Source of the DNA: Acidimicrobiia bacterium
GTDB taxonomy: Bacteria; Actinomycetota; Acidimicrobiia; Acidimicrobiales; Aldehydirespiratoraceae
Direction of reading: 5' to 3'
Assembly (NCBI GenBank): GCA_021296315.1
Contig: JAGWAO010000009.1
Span: 1,976-43,892 of the forward strand
Length of the DNA stretch: 41,917 nucleotides
The position numbers and the translations under genes are program-made. Numbering within the stretch: position 1 is the first letter of the stretch; each line of letters opens with the position of its first letter. Under the pieces are notes generated by a model. That model was not told the origin of the DNA and did not search any database. It saw nothing but the letters and a program-made list of their open reading frames with translations. Shown here piece after piece: positions 1 through 8,613 of this stretch.

Positions 1-613
1 TGACCTCGATGAACTGGCCCAGACCGCTGGATTGTCGCTCGGCCAGCGCGGCGACGACGCCGATGGTGGCGTACAGGCCGGTGATCACGTCGACTATGGC
101 CACTCCCGTCTTGGTGGGAGGCCCCTCAGCCTCTCCGGTGATGCTCATCAGGCCGCTGGCCGCCTGCGCGATGAAGTCGTAGCCCGTCAGGTCGCGCCCG
201 CCGGAGGGCCCGAAGGCACTGACCCGGCAGAAGACCAGACCGGGGTTGTCGGCCCTCAGCGACTCGTAGTCGAGGCCGAAGCGCTCCATGGTTCCGGCCC
301 GGAAGTTCTCCACCACCACATCAGCCGACACGGCCAGGGCGCGGGCCTCGGCTCGCTGCTGCCCGTCGGTCAAGTCGAGGGCGACGCTCCGCTTGTTGCG
401 GTTGACCGAGACGTAGTAGGTGGCCGAGCCGTCCTCGACGAACGGTGGGCCCCACGAGCGGGTGTCGTCACCGAGGCCGGGCCGCTCGATCTTGATCACT
501 TCCGCACCGAGGTCCCCCAGCATCATGGTGGCCAGCGGGCCGGCCAAGACCCGGGAGAAGTCGGCAACCATGACTCCGTCCAGCGGCCCCCCACACAAGC
601 TCCCAGCCCTCAC
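1..613 (-). CDS. CaiB/BaiF (family III) CoA-transferase, 3' end outside window
   Basis: Manual translation of the minus strand (not in the ORF track): PLDGVMVADFSRVLAGPLATMMLGDLGAEVIKIERPGLGDDTRSWGPPF, later VNRNKRS. Start is GTG 613 or TTG 598. Confidence 0.9.
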   Translation of the reverse strand, partial: MRAGSLCGGPLDGVMVADFSRVLAGPLATMMLGDLGAEVIKIERPGLGDDTRSWGPPFVEDGSATYYVSVNRNKRSVALDLTDGQQRAEARALAVSADVVVENFRAGTMERFGLDYESLRADNPGLVFCRVSAFGPSGGRDLTGYDFIAQAASGLMSITGEAEGPPTKTGVAIVDVITGLYATIGVVAALAERQSSGLGQFIEV

Positions 614-623
614 CCTCGCCACT

Positions 624-774
624 CTAGGGAGCGCTGACAGGCGAAAGAGCATCGCGTCGCACGGGTGTCATTCCCGCTCTTGTTCGCTGCGCTCACGGGC
701 CGCTGGGGCCACGGCCACGCTGCATGTCTCGCGGAGCCGTCAAATGGGCCGCGAGCAATCCGCTCGGCCTCTAG
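624..774 (-). repeat. Dispersed ~150-bp element, copy A
   Basis: CTAG at 624-627 and 771-774; 50-bp core 671-720 (3 mismatches to consensus); terminal motif cgctcggcctctag 761-774. Confidence 0.9.
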
Positions 775-839
775 TGAGGCTTCAGGCTGTAGCCGGTCAA
801 CCCCGGGATCTGTGGCCGAGCCGCTACCGTTCTGCTGCG

Positions 840-2057
840 ATGGCGGGTCCGTTGGAAGGGTTCCGAGTCGTCGAGCTCGGGGTGTGGGTAGCCGGACCGG
901 CGGCAGGCGGGATACTGGCCGACTGGGGTGCCGACGTGGTGAAGCTGGAGCCCACCGGCGGCGATCCAGGCCGCCTGTTCCAGTACATGCTCGGTGGGGA
1001 CATGCCGACCAACCCGGTGTTCGACATGGACAACCGGGGCAAGCGCAGCATCGCCCTCAACCTCACTGCCGACGACGGGCGTGCTGTGATGGATGAGCTG
1101 CTGGCGGGGGCCGACGTGTTCGTCACCAATGTCCGTCTTGGCGGGCTGGACCGTCTGGGCCTCGATCATGCCTCGGTCACCGCCCGCCATCGCAGGCTCG
1201 TCTACGCCGCCATCACCGGCTACGGGATGGAGGGCACCGAGGCCGGCAGCGGCGCCTTCGATGTGGCCGGCTTCTGGGCTCGCTCGGGAATAGCCCACCT
1301 GCTGACCCCCGAGGGCGCCGATCCTCCGTTCCAGCGGGGCGGCATGGGCGACCACAACACTGGGCTGGCCACGGCAGCGGGAGTCTGTGCGGCCCTGCTG
1401 GCCAGGGAGCGAACGGGCGAGGGCCAGGTGGTCAGCACTTCGCTGCTGCGGCAGGGCGCCTACACCATCAGCTTCGACTTGTCGGTGACGCTGGGGTGGG
1501 GCCTGACGCTGCAGATCGGCCGCCGCGACAACATGGGCAACCCGGCCATGAACAACTACACCGCGGGCGACGGCCGCCGGTTCTGGCTCGTCGGCCTTGA
1601 ACCGGACCGGCACTGGGCACCGCTGACTCGGGCCGTCGGGCGGCCCGACTGGCAACAGCACGAGCGCTACCGCACTGCTCGGGGACGCCATCACAACGCA
1701 GCCAGCCTGGTGGTCGAGCTGGACGAGATCTTCGCCACCCGGCCTCTGGACGAATGGGCCGAGATCTTCGCCACCGAGCCCGAGCTGTTCTGGGCGCCCA
1801 TCCAGTCACCCGACGATCTGCTGGCCGATCCGCAGTTCGCCGCGGCCGGAGGACTGGTGGAAGTGCCCGACGGTGCGAGCACGTCCACGATGGTCGCAAC
1901 CCCGGTCGACTTCTCCGAAACGGCCTGGACTCCGAGGAGCATGGCTCCCCGCCTCGGCGAGCACAGCTACGAGATTCTGCGCTCACTGGGTCGCAGCGAA
2001 GCGGAGATCGAGGCCCTGGTTGCGTCCGGCGTGGTAGGCCTCGACGGCCCGGACTAA
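840..2057 (+). CDS. CaiB/BaiF (family III) CoA-transferase
   Basis: MAGPLEGFRVVELGVWVAGP...LADWGADVVKLE, NRGKRSIALNL, C-terminal APRLGEH. ATG 840 is preferred over the ORF-track start at 420. Confidence 0.92.
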   Translation: MAGPLEGFRVVELGVWVAGPAAGGILADWGADVVKLEPTGGDPGRLFQYMLGGDMPTNPVFDMDNRGKRSIALNLTADDGRAVMDELLAGADVFVTNVRLGGLDRLGLDHASVTARHRRLVYAAITGYGMEGTEAGSGAFDVAGFWARSGIAHLLTPEGADPPFQRGGMGDHNTGLATAAGVCAALLARERTGEGQVVSTSLLRQGAYTISFDLSVTLGWGLTLQIGRRDNMGNPAMNNYTAGDGRRFWLVGLEPDRHWAPLTRAVGRPDWQQHERYRTARGRHHNAASLVVELDEIFATRPLDEWAEIFATEPELFWAPIQSPDDLLADPQFAAAGGLVEVPDGASTSTMVATPVDFSETAWTPRSMAPRLGEHSYEILRSLGRSEAEIEALVASGVVGLDGPD

Positions 2058-2085
2058 CCGGCGCGCCGTCAGCCTTCTACAGTCG

Positions 2086-3249
2086 TCAGCCTTCTATGTC
2101 GGCCACCCTGCGAGCCCGCAGGGTGCACAGCGAACCCCGCACCCGAACCACGCCGTCGGTGATCACCACGGCCACGCCGGGGAACTCCCCAGCCGCGATG
2201 GCCTCCGCTGCCGTGTCGCACACCGAGCCCAGCGAGGTGTCCATCACGACGATGTCGGCCAAGGCCCCCGGAGCGATCACGTTGCCGTCGGATCCGAAGG
2301 CCTTGGCAGCCTGGCCCGACGCGACGGCCCACGCCGTCTCCGGTGCGACTCCGGCCAGCGAGCAGACATCGCCGATGGTCTTGAGGATGCCCAGCGATGT
2401 GACGCCATAGCCGGTAGGCGTGTCCGTCCCGATCAGCAGCCGATCGAGCTCGCCCCGGTCGGCCAGTCCCTCCACCACTCGCAGCATCGGCCTGGTGCCG
2501 CCGGCCTGTACCACCTCGACGAACGGCGGGCCGTCGGAGCCACAGAGCATGTCGATGTCGTCGTCGGACAGGGACGCGAACGTGTTGGCATGCGACGCGA
2601 TGGACGGAACCGCCGTGAGGACGTCCTCGGCTGAGAAATAGGGGTGCTCGTCGCCTCCGGGGCCCCGGTCGGAGGTGCAGCCGCAGTGCATGTGGACCGT
2701 CATCCCGAGCCGGCGGGCGTGCGTCGACAGTTCCCCGGCGCGCACCGGGTCCTTGAGCGAGCCGACGCCGATCTCGCCGATGATCCTCATGCCCGCTTCG
2801 TAGGCCCGGTCGATGTGGGAGAAGTCGGTGTCCTTCTCCAGCAGCATCGCTCCCCCGTGCACCTTGATGCCCGCGGGCCGGTGGTGCTCGAAGGAGTGGA
2901 ACGCCCCGAGAGCGATCCCGAGCGCCGACTCGGCCCCGATCCGTCCCGGGGCATGGACCTCACCCGCCGAGATGGCCCGGGTGACCGCCCCGTGCATCAT
3001 GCGTTCCAGGTACCCGACCGACTGCTGCTTGGGCGCGTAGTCGCCGAGAGTGGGGTGCATGTGGGTGTCGACCAGGCCCGGGGCGACCGTCATGCCCTTG
3101 CAGTCGATGACGGTGTCGGCGGTGGTGGCCGCGCCGGCGTCGAACGACGCTATGCGGCCCTCATCGACGACGATCGTGTCCGCCTCCAGCGTCGGCGCGT
3201 CGAGCACGCCGGTGAGCACCTGGCCGATGTTGTGCAGTACGAGTTGCAT
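2086..3249 (-). CDS. Enamidase-like amidohydrolase
   Basis: NIGQVLTG...ADTIVVDEG, PGLVDTHMH..GDYAPKQ, RPAGIKVHGGA, IGEIG, MHCG, SHAN, GTDTPTG, MDTSLGSV. Recognised as colinear with the enamidase (Ena) of Eubacterium barkeri nicotinate fermentation. Confidence 0.85.
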   Translation of the reverse strand: MQLVLHNIGQVLTGVLDAPTLEADTIVVDEGRIASFDAGAATTADTVIDCKGMTVAPGLVDTHMHPTLGDYAPKQQSVGYLERMMHGAVTRAISAGEVHAPGRIGAESALGIALGAFHSFEHHRPAGIKVHGGAMLLEKDTDFSHIDRAYEAGMRIIGEIGVGSLKDPVRAGELSTHARRLGMTVHMHCGCTSDRGPGGDEHPYFSAEDVLTAVPSIASHANTFASLSDDDIDMLCGSDGPPFVEVVQAGGTRPMLRVVEGLADRGELDRLLIGTDTPTGYGVTSLGILKTIGDVCSLAGVAPETAWAVASGQAAKAFGSDGNVIAPGALADIVVMDTSLGSVCDTAAEAIAAGEFPGVAVVITDGVVRVRGSLCTLRARRVADIEG

Positions 3250-3323
3250 TGTTGGTCTCCCGGGGGTCGTGCGTTGGAGCCAGGCGTTGCGCGGCCCGGC
3301 GGCCGCGCCGAGGTCGGCGCCGA

Positions 3324-4310
3324 CTAGAGGTTGACCATGATCTTGTTCACGAACAGGTCGATCTGGGCAGGATCATCGGTCAGCGGGTTGATGATCAAGT
3401 GGTCGATTCCGGCACCGGACAGGGCCCGGATGCGGTCGGTCATCTCGTCGATGGTGCCGAACAGGTACGCATTCTGAAGATCCTCGTCGGAGCGCTTGAC
3501 GTCCATGACCGTCCGGTAGGCGGCGAGCTGCTCGGCGATGACCCGCTCGCGGTCGGCAGAGTCGACGATGTGCAGCCATTGGGCGTGAGACATGGTGAAG
3601 GCGCTCATATCCCGCCTGGCGCCCAGGTAGCCGCGCACCGATGCGATGTCGTCGGCGACGATCTCGGGGCTGGTGCCGCTGGACCGGCAGATCCAACCGT
3701 CGTGGCGCCCGATCCGTGCCAGCACCGCAGGCGCCATGTTCGGCGTGTCGACGTTGTCGACGACATGCACCTGGGAGCCGCCGCCGATCCAGACCGGGAT
3801 GGGTTGGTTGGGCCGCGGGTGCAGGGTTGTTCCGTCGGCAACGCTGTAGTACGAGCCGCGAAAGCTGACCTCGTCGGTGCTGAGCAGCAGGCTGATGAGT
3901 TCGAGGGCCTCGTCGGTGCGCCGTCCCCGTTCACGCCGGGGTATCCCCACCGACGCGAACTCCATGTCGTCGTGGCCGGTGCCGATCCCCAGCACCACCC
4001 GTCCCCCGCCGGCAAGGCTGTCAAGGCTGGCAACCTCCTTGGCGATGATGGTCGGGTGACGGAACGGCGCGCAAAGGATGGCCGTGCCCAAGCGGATGCG
4101 CTCGGTCACGCCGGCGGCCACCGAGAGCGTGATCATGGGATCCTGCCAGGCCACCGAGTAGACGTTCGGGGCTACGAGCAGGTGATCGATCACCCACAGC
4201 GCCGAGAACCCGGCCTCCTCCACCTTGGCGAAGTACGGCACCAGCCTCCGCGCCGATGCCGCGGAGGTCTCAGGCCCGGCGTAGGACGGCACCCGCCAAC
4301 CGAAGTCCAT
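3324..4310 (-). CDS. LLM-class (luciferase-like) flavin/F420-dependent oxidoreductase
   Basis: GFSALWVIDH, TERIRLGTAIL, RHPTIIAKEVASLD, GRVVLGIGTG, PIPVWIGG. Confidence 0.9.
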   Translation of the reverse strand: MDFGWRVPSYAGPETSAASARRLVPYFAKVEEAGFSALWVIDHLLVAPNVYSVAWQDPMITLSVAAGVTERIRLGTAILCAPFRHPTIIAKEVASLDSLAGGGRVVLGIGTGHDDMEFASVGIPRRERGRRTDEALELISLLLSTDEVSFRGSYYSVADGTTLHPRPNQPIPVWIGGGSQVHVVDNVDTPNMAPAVLARIGRHDGWICRSSGTSPEIVADDIASVRGYLGARRDMSAFTMSHAQWLHIVDSADRERVIAEQLAAYRTVMDVKRSDEDLQNAYLFGTIDEMTDRIRALSGAGIDHLIINPLTDDPAQIDLFVNKIMVNL

Positions 4311-4353
4311 CAGCTGATCCGGCCTTCCGGAGGTGCCGGGTTGCTGGCGTCAC

Positions 4354-5169
4354 TCATACCGACACACCGGCAGCCCGCATCTCCGCGCCGACCGAGCCGT
4401 ACAGGCGCCGCATCACGAGCCGGTACACCAGACCGTGGGCCTGGTCGAGGAGCAGCCCGAGAACGGTGAGCTGCACGAACGCCACGAACATCAACTCGGT
4501 GTCGAGAGTGCCCTGCGACACGATGATCAAGGCGCCCAGGCCCTTGTTGGCCCCCACGTACTCCGCTACCACCGCACCGACCAGGGCGAGCATCAACGCC
4601 ACCCGCAGCCCGCTGAAGACTGCCGGGACCGCGTGCAGGGCCTTGCACTTGGTCAGGGTCGTCCAGCGTCCGGCCCGCAGCGCCCTGAACAGCTCCAGCA
4701 TCTCTGCTGGAGCCGTCGTGAGGCCGAGATAGGTGTTCTCCAGCAGCGGGAAGAAGGCGATCAGTGCCGCGATGATCACCTTGGGGGTCATGCCGAACCC
4801 GAACCAGATGACCAGGATGGGCGCGAGCGCGAACTTCGGCAGGGCCTGGGTGACGATGACGTAGGGCATGATCACCCGGCGGGCGATGCCGAACTCCGAG
4901 GCCAGCGTGCCCAGCCCGATCCCGGCCACCCCACCGAGCGCAAACCCCAGGACGATCTCCTGAACGGTGATCCATATGTGGGGATTGGCCCGGCCCGAGC
5001 CCACGTAGTCGAGCAGGCGCTCAAGAACCGGTCCCGGCTCGGGAAGTATCAGGGGAGAATTCGTGCGAGCCCAGAGGTGCCACACAATGACGAGCACCAC
5101 CGCGGACACGATCACGAGCAGCCGGCCGAGCCAGGCCTCCGAACGCAGAGCCCTCAGCAGGCGCCTCAA
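4354..5169 (-). CDS. ABC transporter permease (SsuC/TauC/CmpB type)
   Basis: Multiple TM segments; PKFALAPILVIWFGFG and GAVVAEYVGANKGLG. Confidence 0.92.
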   Translation of the reverse strand: MRRLLRALRSEAWLGRLLVIVSAVVLVIVWHLWARTNSPLILPEPGPVLERLLDYVGSGRANPHIWITVQEIVLGFALGGVAGIGLGTLASEFGIARRVIMPYVIVTQALPKFALAPILVIWFGFGMTPKVIIAALIAFFPLLENTYLGLTTAPAEMLELFRALRAGRWTTLTKCKALHAVPAVFSGLRVALMLALVGAVVAEYVGANKGLGALIIVSQGTLDTELMFVAFVQLTVLGLLLDQAHGLVYRLVMRRLYGSVGAEMRAAGVSV

Positions 5170-5948
5170 TTCAGCTGCTCCCGTATCCGCTGACGCAGCG
5201 TCCAGAACCGCTCGTCCGCCTCCACCTCACTGAACGTCCGGGGCCTCGGGAGGTCGACATCGATCACGTCCTGGACCCGTCCCGGCCGGACCGACATCAC
5301 CATCACCCGGTCGGACAGGAACAGCGCCTCGCCGATGTCGTGGGTGACGAACACCACCGTGGTCTGCGACTCGTGCCAGATGCGCAGGAGTTCGACGTTC
5401 ATCGAATCACGGGTCTGGGCGTCGAGGGCGCCGAAGGGCTCGTCCATCAGCAGGATCGACGGCTCCACTGCCAGCGCCCGGGCCACCGACACCCGCTGCT
5501 GCATGCCGCCCGACAGCTCGCCGGGTCGATGGTTCACGTACTCCGACAGGCCCACCATCTCCAGGACTTCCAGAGCCTTGGCCCTGTCCTCCCCGGTGGG
5601 TCGGCCCGTTATCTCGAAGGGAAGCATCACGTTGTCCAAGACCCTGCGCCACGGCAGCAGCACGGCCTGCTGGAACACGTAGCCGATGCGGGGGTCCGGC
5701 TCGGTCACCACATCGCCGCCGATGCGCACCTCCCCGACGGAAGGAGCGATGAGGCCGCCCACACAGCGAAGCAGGGTGCTCTTGCCGCATCCGCTGGGTC
5801 CGACAATGCCGAGGAACTCCCGGGGAGCGATGTCGAAATCGATGCCCTCCAAGGCCGTGATGTCGCCCGCGTCAGACGCATACGTCTTGGTGAGGCCGTC
5901 GATCTCGATATGGCCGCGACCCGAGAGTTCTCCGGTCTTGTCGTTCAC
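5166..5948 (-). CDS. ABC transporter ATP-binding protein (NrtD/SsuB type)
   Basis: Walker A GPSGCGKS, LSGGMQQR, LLMDEPFGALD, VTHD. Confidence 0.95.
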   Translation of the reverse strand: MNDKTGELSGRGHIEIDGLTKTYASDAGDITALEGIDFDIAPREFLGIVGPSGCGKSTLLRCVGGLIAPSVGEVRIGGDVVTEPDPRIGYVFQQAVLLPWRRVLDNVMLPFEITGRPTGEDRAKALEVLEMVGLSEYVNHRPGELSGGMQQRVSVARALAVEPSILLMDEPFGALDAQTRDSMNVELLRIWHESQTTVVFVTHDIGEALFLSDRVMVMSVRPGRVQDVIDVDLPRPRTFSEVEADERFWTLRQRIREQLN

Positions 5949-5956
5949 GCTCTGCC

Positions 5957-5992
5957 CCTGACCCGGCGGGCACCAGTGCCCGCCGGGTCAGG
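5957..5992. terminator. Perfect 17-bp inverted repeat downstream of the substrate-binding protein gene (mRNA-stabilising or attenuating hairpin)
   Basis: cctgacccggcgggcac-ca-gtgcccgccgggtcagg; no U-tract; intra-operon position. Confidence 0.65.
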
Positions 5993-6004
5993 CTAGTTGT
6001 CGAT

Positions 6005-7186
6005 CTAGTTGACGAACCGGTTGGAGATCACCGTCGAAGCGTCGACTGAGTCCGTGAGGATGCCGAGCTCGGTGGCCTGGTCGGCCACATCCTGGATTGT
6101 CGGCACGTCGCACCAACCCATTCCGTTCTCGGCGACCCCGGGACCGTTGGTCTGCATCTGGATGCGGTAGTCGATCACCGCGAGGTTGCGATCCATGTTG
6201 TCGGCGCCGACCGCGTAGCGGGAGCCGATCTCAGCCGCAGCCTCAGGGTTCTCCTGGATCCAAACCTTGGCCTTCTCCAGAGCATCGATGAAGCGGGCTA
6301 CACCGTCCTCGTTCTCATCGACCCAGCTCCGGTTGGAGAAGTACACGTCGTTAGGGCCTGGCACCTGCGTGTACTGCCAGATCTCGTAGTCGTCGATCTG
6401 GTCCTCGGGGATGCCGCCCGCCTCGAGCAGGGCCCAGTTGATGGAGCCCCATGTCGACGCGGCCTGGGCGTTCCCGCTCAGCAAGGCCTCTCCGAAGGCG
6501 ATACCGGTGGCCGCGAAGGTCACGTCGTCCTCGGTGACGCCGTTGTCCGCGAGCAACAGCGCGGCGTACCACTTGCTGGTGGAGGCCTGCGACGTCACCG
6601 CGACGGTCTTGCCCTCCAGGTCCGCCGGCGACTCGATGCCGGCTGCGGTGTTGACCAGCATGGTCATCCAGTTCTGCGTGTACGGGCAGTAGATCCCCTC
6701 GAGTTCGGCGCCCGCGATCGTGGCGAAGAAGCCGGACAGGGCGTCGGCCATGGCGATGTCGGCGTTGCCAGCGACAAGCTGCTTCACGGCGTCACCAGCG
6801 CCGGCTCCCGGAAGCTGTTCAAGGGCCACGCCTGCTTCCGCGAAGTAGCCGTTCTCCTCGGCCACATACAGGTCGATGAAGTCGATGAACTTGCCTCCAC
6901 CCCACGTGACCAGCCGGATGTCGATCGGCTCGGGGGGAGCCGCGGGCTCTGGCTCTGGCTCAGCCGCTGGTTCCGGTTCCGGCTCGGGCTCAGCTGCAGG
7001 CTCGGGCTCGGGCTCAGCCTCAGCCGCTGGTTCCGGTTCCGGCTCGGGCTCCTCAGCGGGTGCCGGGGCCGGGGCCGCGGGCTCTTCGTCGTCTCCACAG
7101 GCCGTGAACAGCAAGGCCGCGGCCAACGGCACCGCCAGCCAGCGCAGCCGGCGCAGTCCCGTGGACCGATTCGTGGTCTCGTTCAT
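6005..7186 (-). CDS. ABC substrate-binding lipoprotein, NMT1/THI5/SsuA family, with Pro/Glu linker
   Basis: ATG 7186 with RBS GGAGGGAG; signal peptide and lipobox LFTA-C; (EP)n/AA repeats; YVAEENGYFAEAG and IESPADLEGKTVAV. Confidence 0.9.
   Translation of the reverse strand: MNETTNRSTGLRRLRWLAVPLAAALLFTACGDDEEPAAPAPAPAEEPEPEPEPAAEAEPEPEPAAEPEPEPEPAAEPEPEPAAPPEPIDIRLVTWGGGKFIDFIDLYVAEENGYFAEAGVALEQLPGAGAGDAVKQLVAGNADIAMADALSGFFATIAGAELEGIYCPYTQNWMTMLVNTAAGIESPADLEGKTVAVTSQASTSKWYAALLLADNGVTEDDVTFAATGIAFGEALLSGNAQAASTWGSINWALLEAGGIPEDQIDDYEIWQYTQVPGPNDVYFSNRSWVDENEDGVARFIDALEKAKVWIQENPEAAAEIGSRYAVGADNMDRNLAVIDYRIQMQTNGPGVAENGMGWCDVPTIQDVADQATELGILTDSVDASTVISNRFVN
6940..7090 (-). repeat. Coding low-complexity repeat (PAAEPEPEPE)n
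   Basis: ggctcg/ggttcc hexamers; a 31-bp block is repeated at 6961 and 7021. Confidence 0.85.
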
Positions 7187-7217
7187 GATGGTCTCCCTCC
7201 GGTATTGAGACTGGCAA

Positions 7218-7248
7218 ACTCTATATGAAATCATCAATCGGATGTCAA
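7218..7248 (-). promoter_or_regulatory. Candidate sigma70-type promoter for the transporter operon, overlapping an AT-rich operator-like site
   Basis: TTGACA (7248-7243), 19 nt, then TAGAGT (7223-7218); includes ATGAAATCAT and CTATATGAAA. Confidence 0.5.
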
Positions 7249-7278
7249 CTCCGCGCGTCTGTGGCATGATGGGGCGCT

Positions 7279-7956
7279 GTGAGCTCATTCGAGAGGCCGA
7301 AGACCGCTCAGGAAGCCGTGCTCGCGGAGATCCGCGAGCAACTCCTCGACGGCCGGCTCGCGCCGGGTGGGTCCATCCGCCCGGACGCATTGGGCGACGA
7401 GCTCGGAGTGTCAGCCGTGCCCGTGCGAGAAGCGCTGCGGATCCTCGAAGGCGAGGGCCACGTTCACTACCGACCCCACCGGGGCTACGTGGTGGCGACC
7501 CTCGATGTGGACGACCTGATCGAGATATACCGGATCCGGGAACTCCTCGAGACCGAGGCCGTGGGCCGAGCCATCCCGCGGCTGCGGGGCGACACGGTGG
7601 CCCGCCTGCGTGAGGTCGTCCGCGAGATGGACGCGGTGCAGGACGACGTCATCTCCCTGACCGCGGTGAACCGGTGGTTCCACTTCACCCTGTTCGAGGC
7701 GGCGGAGATGCCCCAGTTGGTGCGAGTCCTGCGGATCCTGTGGGACTCCTCGGACCGCTACCGCCTGCGCTACCTGATGTCGCCCGAGAACCGCCAGCTC
7801 GTGCACGAACAGCATCGGAGGATGATGCAGGCCGTCGCCGACAGGGATGTCGAGACGTTCATCGACGAGAGCCAGAAGCATCGGGCCCACGCCATTGCGG
7901 CGCTCGCCGAGGCGTTCGCGGTGGACGAGATCGAGGTCGAGCAGAAGACCGCCTGA
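7279..7956 (+). CDS. GntR family (FCD domain) transcriptional regulator
   Basis: wHTH ELGVSAVPVREALRILEGEG; FCD-type NRWFHFTLF and HEQH. Confidence 0.93.
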   Translation: MSSFERPKTAQEAVLAEIREQLLDGRLAPGGSIRPDALGDELGVSAVPVREALRILEGEGHVHYRPHRGYVVATLDVDDLIEIYRIRELLETEAVGRAIPRLRGDTVARLREVVREMDAVQDDVISLTAVNRWFHFTLFEAAEMPQLVRVLRILWDSSDRYRLRYLMSPENRQLVHEQHRRMMQAVADRDVETFIDESQKHRAHAIAALAEAFAVDEIEVEQKTA

Positions 7957-7967
7957 CATCGAGCGGC

Positions 7968-8537
7968 TCAGGCCGGGGCCCGGTCGAGGTCCCGGTCCCC
8001 TATCCGCGGGAAGGGCCGGCTGCGGCTGGCCCCGGCGATCGCCACCACCACCTCATCGGCGCGGGGAGCGTCGGCGATCGCAGTCTGGGCGGTGTGGTAG
8101 TGGGACCGCCTCAGCATCTCGTCCTTGTGGACCATGGGCACGACGATCGGCGCGCCCGGGGCCCCCCGGGTGTTGGTGAACACCAGCGTGCTGGATGCAT
8201 CGACCCGGGTGCGGATCGGATCGCCGAACATCAGCGTGTGGACCATGGCGTTGGCGTGCTCGATCTCGCCGTCGACTCCCACCACCGAGGACTTGCCGTA
8301 GGCCTCCACCGCGTCGGGCGAGCCGAGTGCGTCCACGAGGCGGCCGGCCAGGAGCGCTCCGAGGTCGTGGGCGAATCCCACGATGTCCGGATGCAGATCC
8401 TCGACGAAGGGGCGTCCGGCCCATGGATTGGGCATCACCGCGGCCACGATCACGGTCGTCAGGGGAGGCTCGACTGCACGCCCGCCCTCCACGCGGATCT
8501 CCTCGGTCGCGACATGGATCTTGCGGATCTGGTTCAC
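7968..8537 (-). CDS. DUF1185 ('amino acid synthesis' family) protein
   Basis: IRK...EE...GG, AAVMPNPWAGR, EAYGKSSVVGVDGEIEHA, VPMVHKD, RSHY, DAPRADEVVVA, RPFPRIG. Confidence 0.85.
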   Translation of the reverse strand: MNQIRKIHVATEEIRVEGGRAVEPPLTTVIVAAVMPNPWAGRPFVEDLHPDIVGFAHDLGALLAGRLVDALGSPDAVEAYGKSSVVGVDGEIEHANAMVHTLMFGDPIRTRVDASSTLVFTNTRGAPGAPIVVPMVHKDEMLRRSHYHTAQTAIADAPRADEVVVAIAGASRSRPFPRIGDRDLDRAPA

Positions 8538-8612
8538 CGGTTTGCGGCCGTCGGGGCTGGTGCGCTCGGCTTCGAAGTCGCGACATGCATCTTGCGGATC
8601 TGGTTCACCGGT
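8506..8612 (-). repeat. 36-bp direct duplication (period 71) of the DUF1185 start region, encoding a 24-aa mini-ORF at 8534-8608
   Basis: 8506-8541 versus 8577-8612, 1 mismatch. Confidence 0.9.
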
Positions 8613-8613
8613 C

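Noticed and set aside
420-839. N-terminal extensions in the ORF track (also 7187-7390, 25603-25812, 30589-30855, 40980-41054)
   Set aside because: They overlap other genes, promoters or repeats; family homology starts at the downstream start codons.
6940-7090. Pro/Glu repeat as a novel DNA element
   Set aside because: An in-frame flexible linker after a lipobox, common in actinobacterial lipoproteins.
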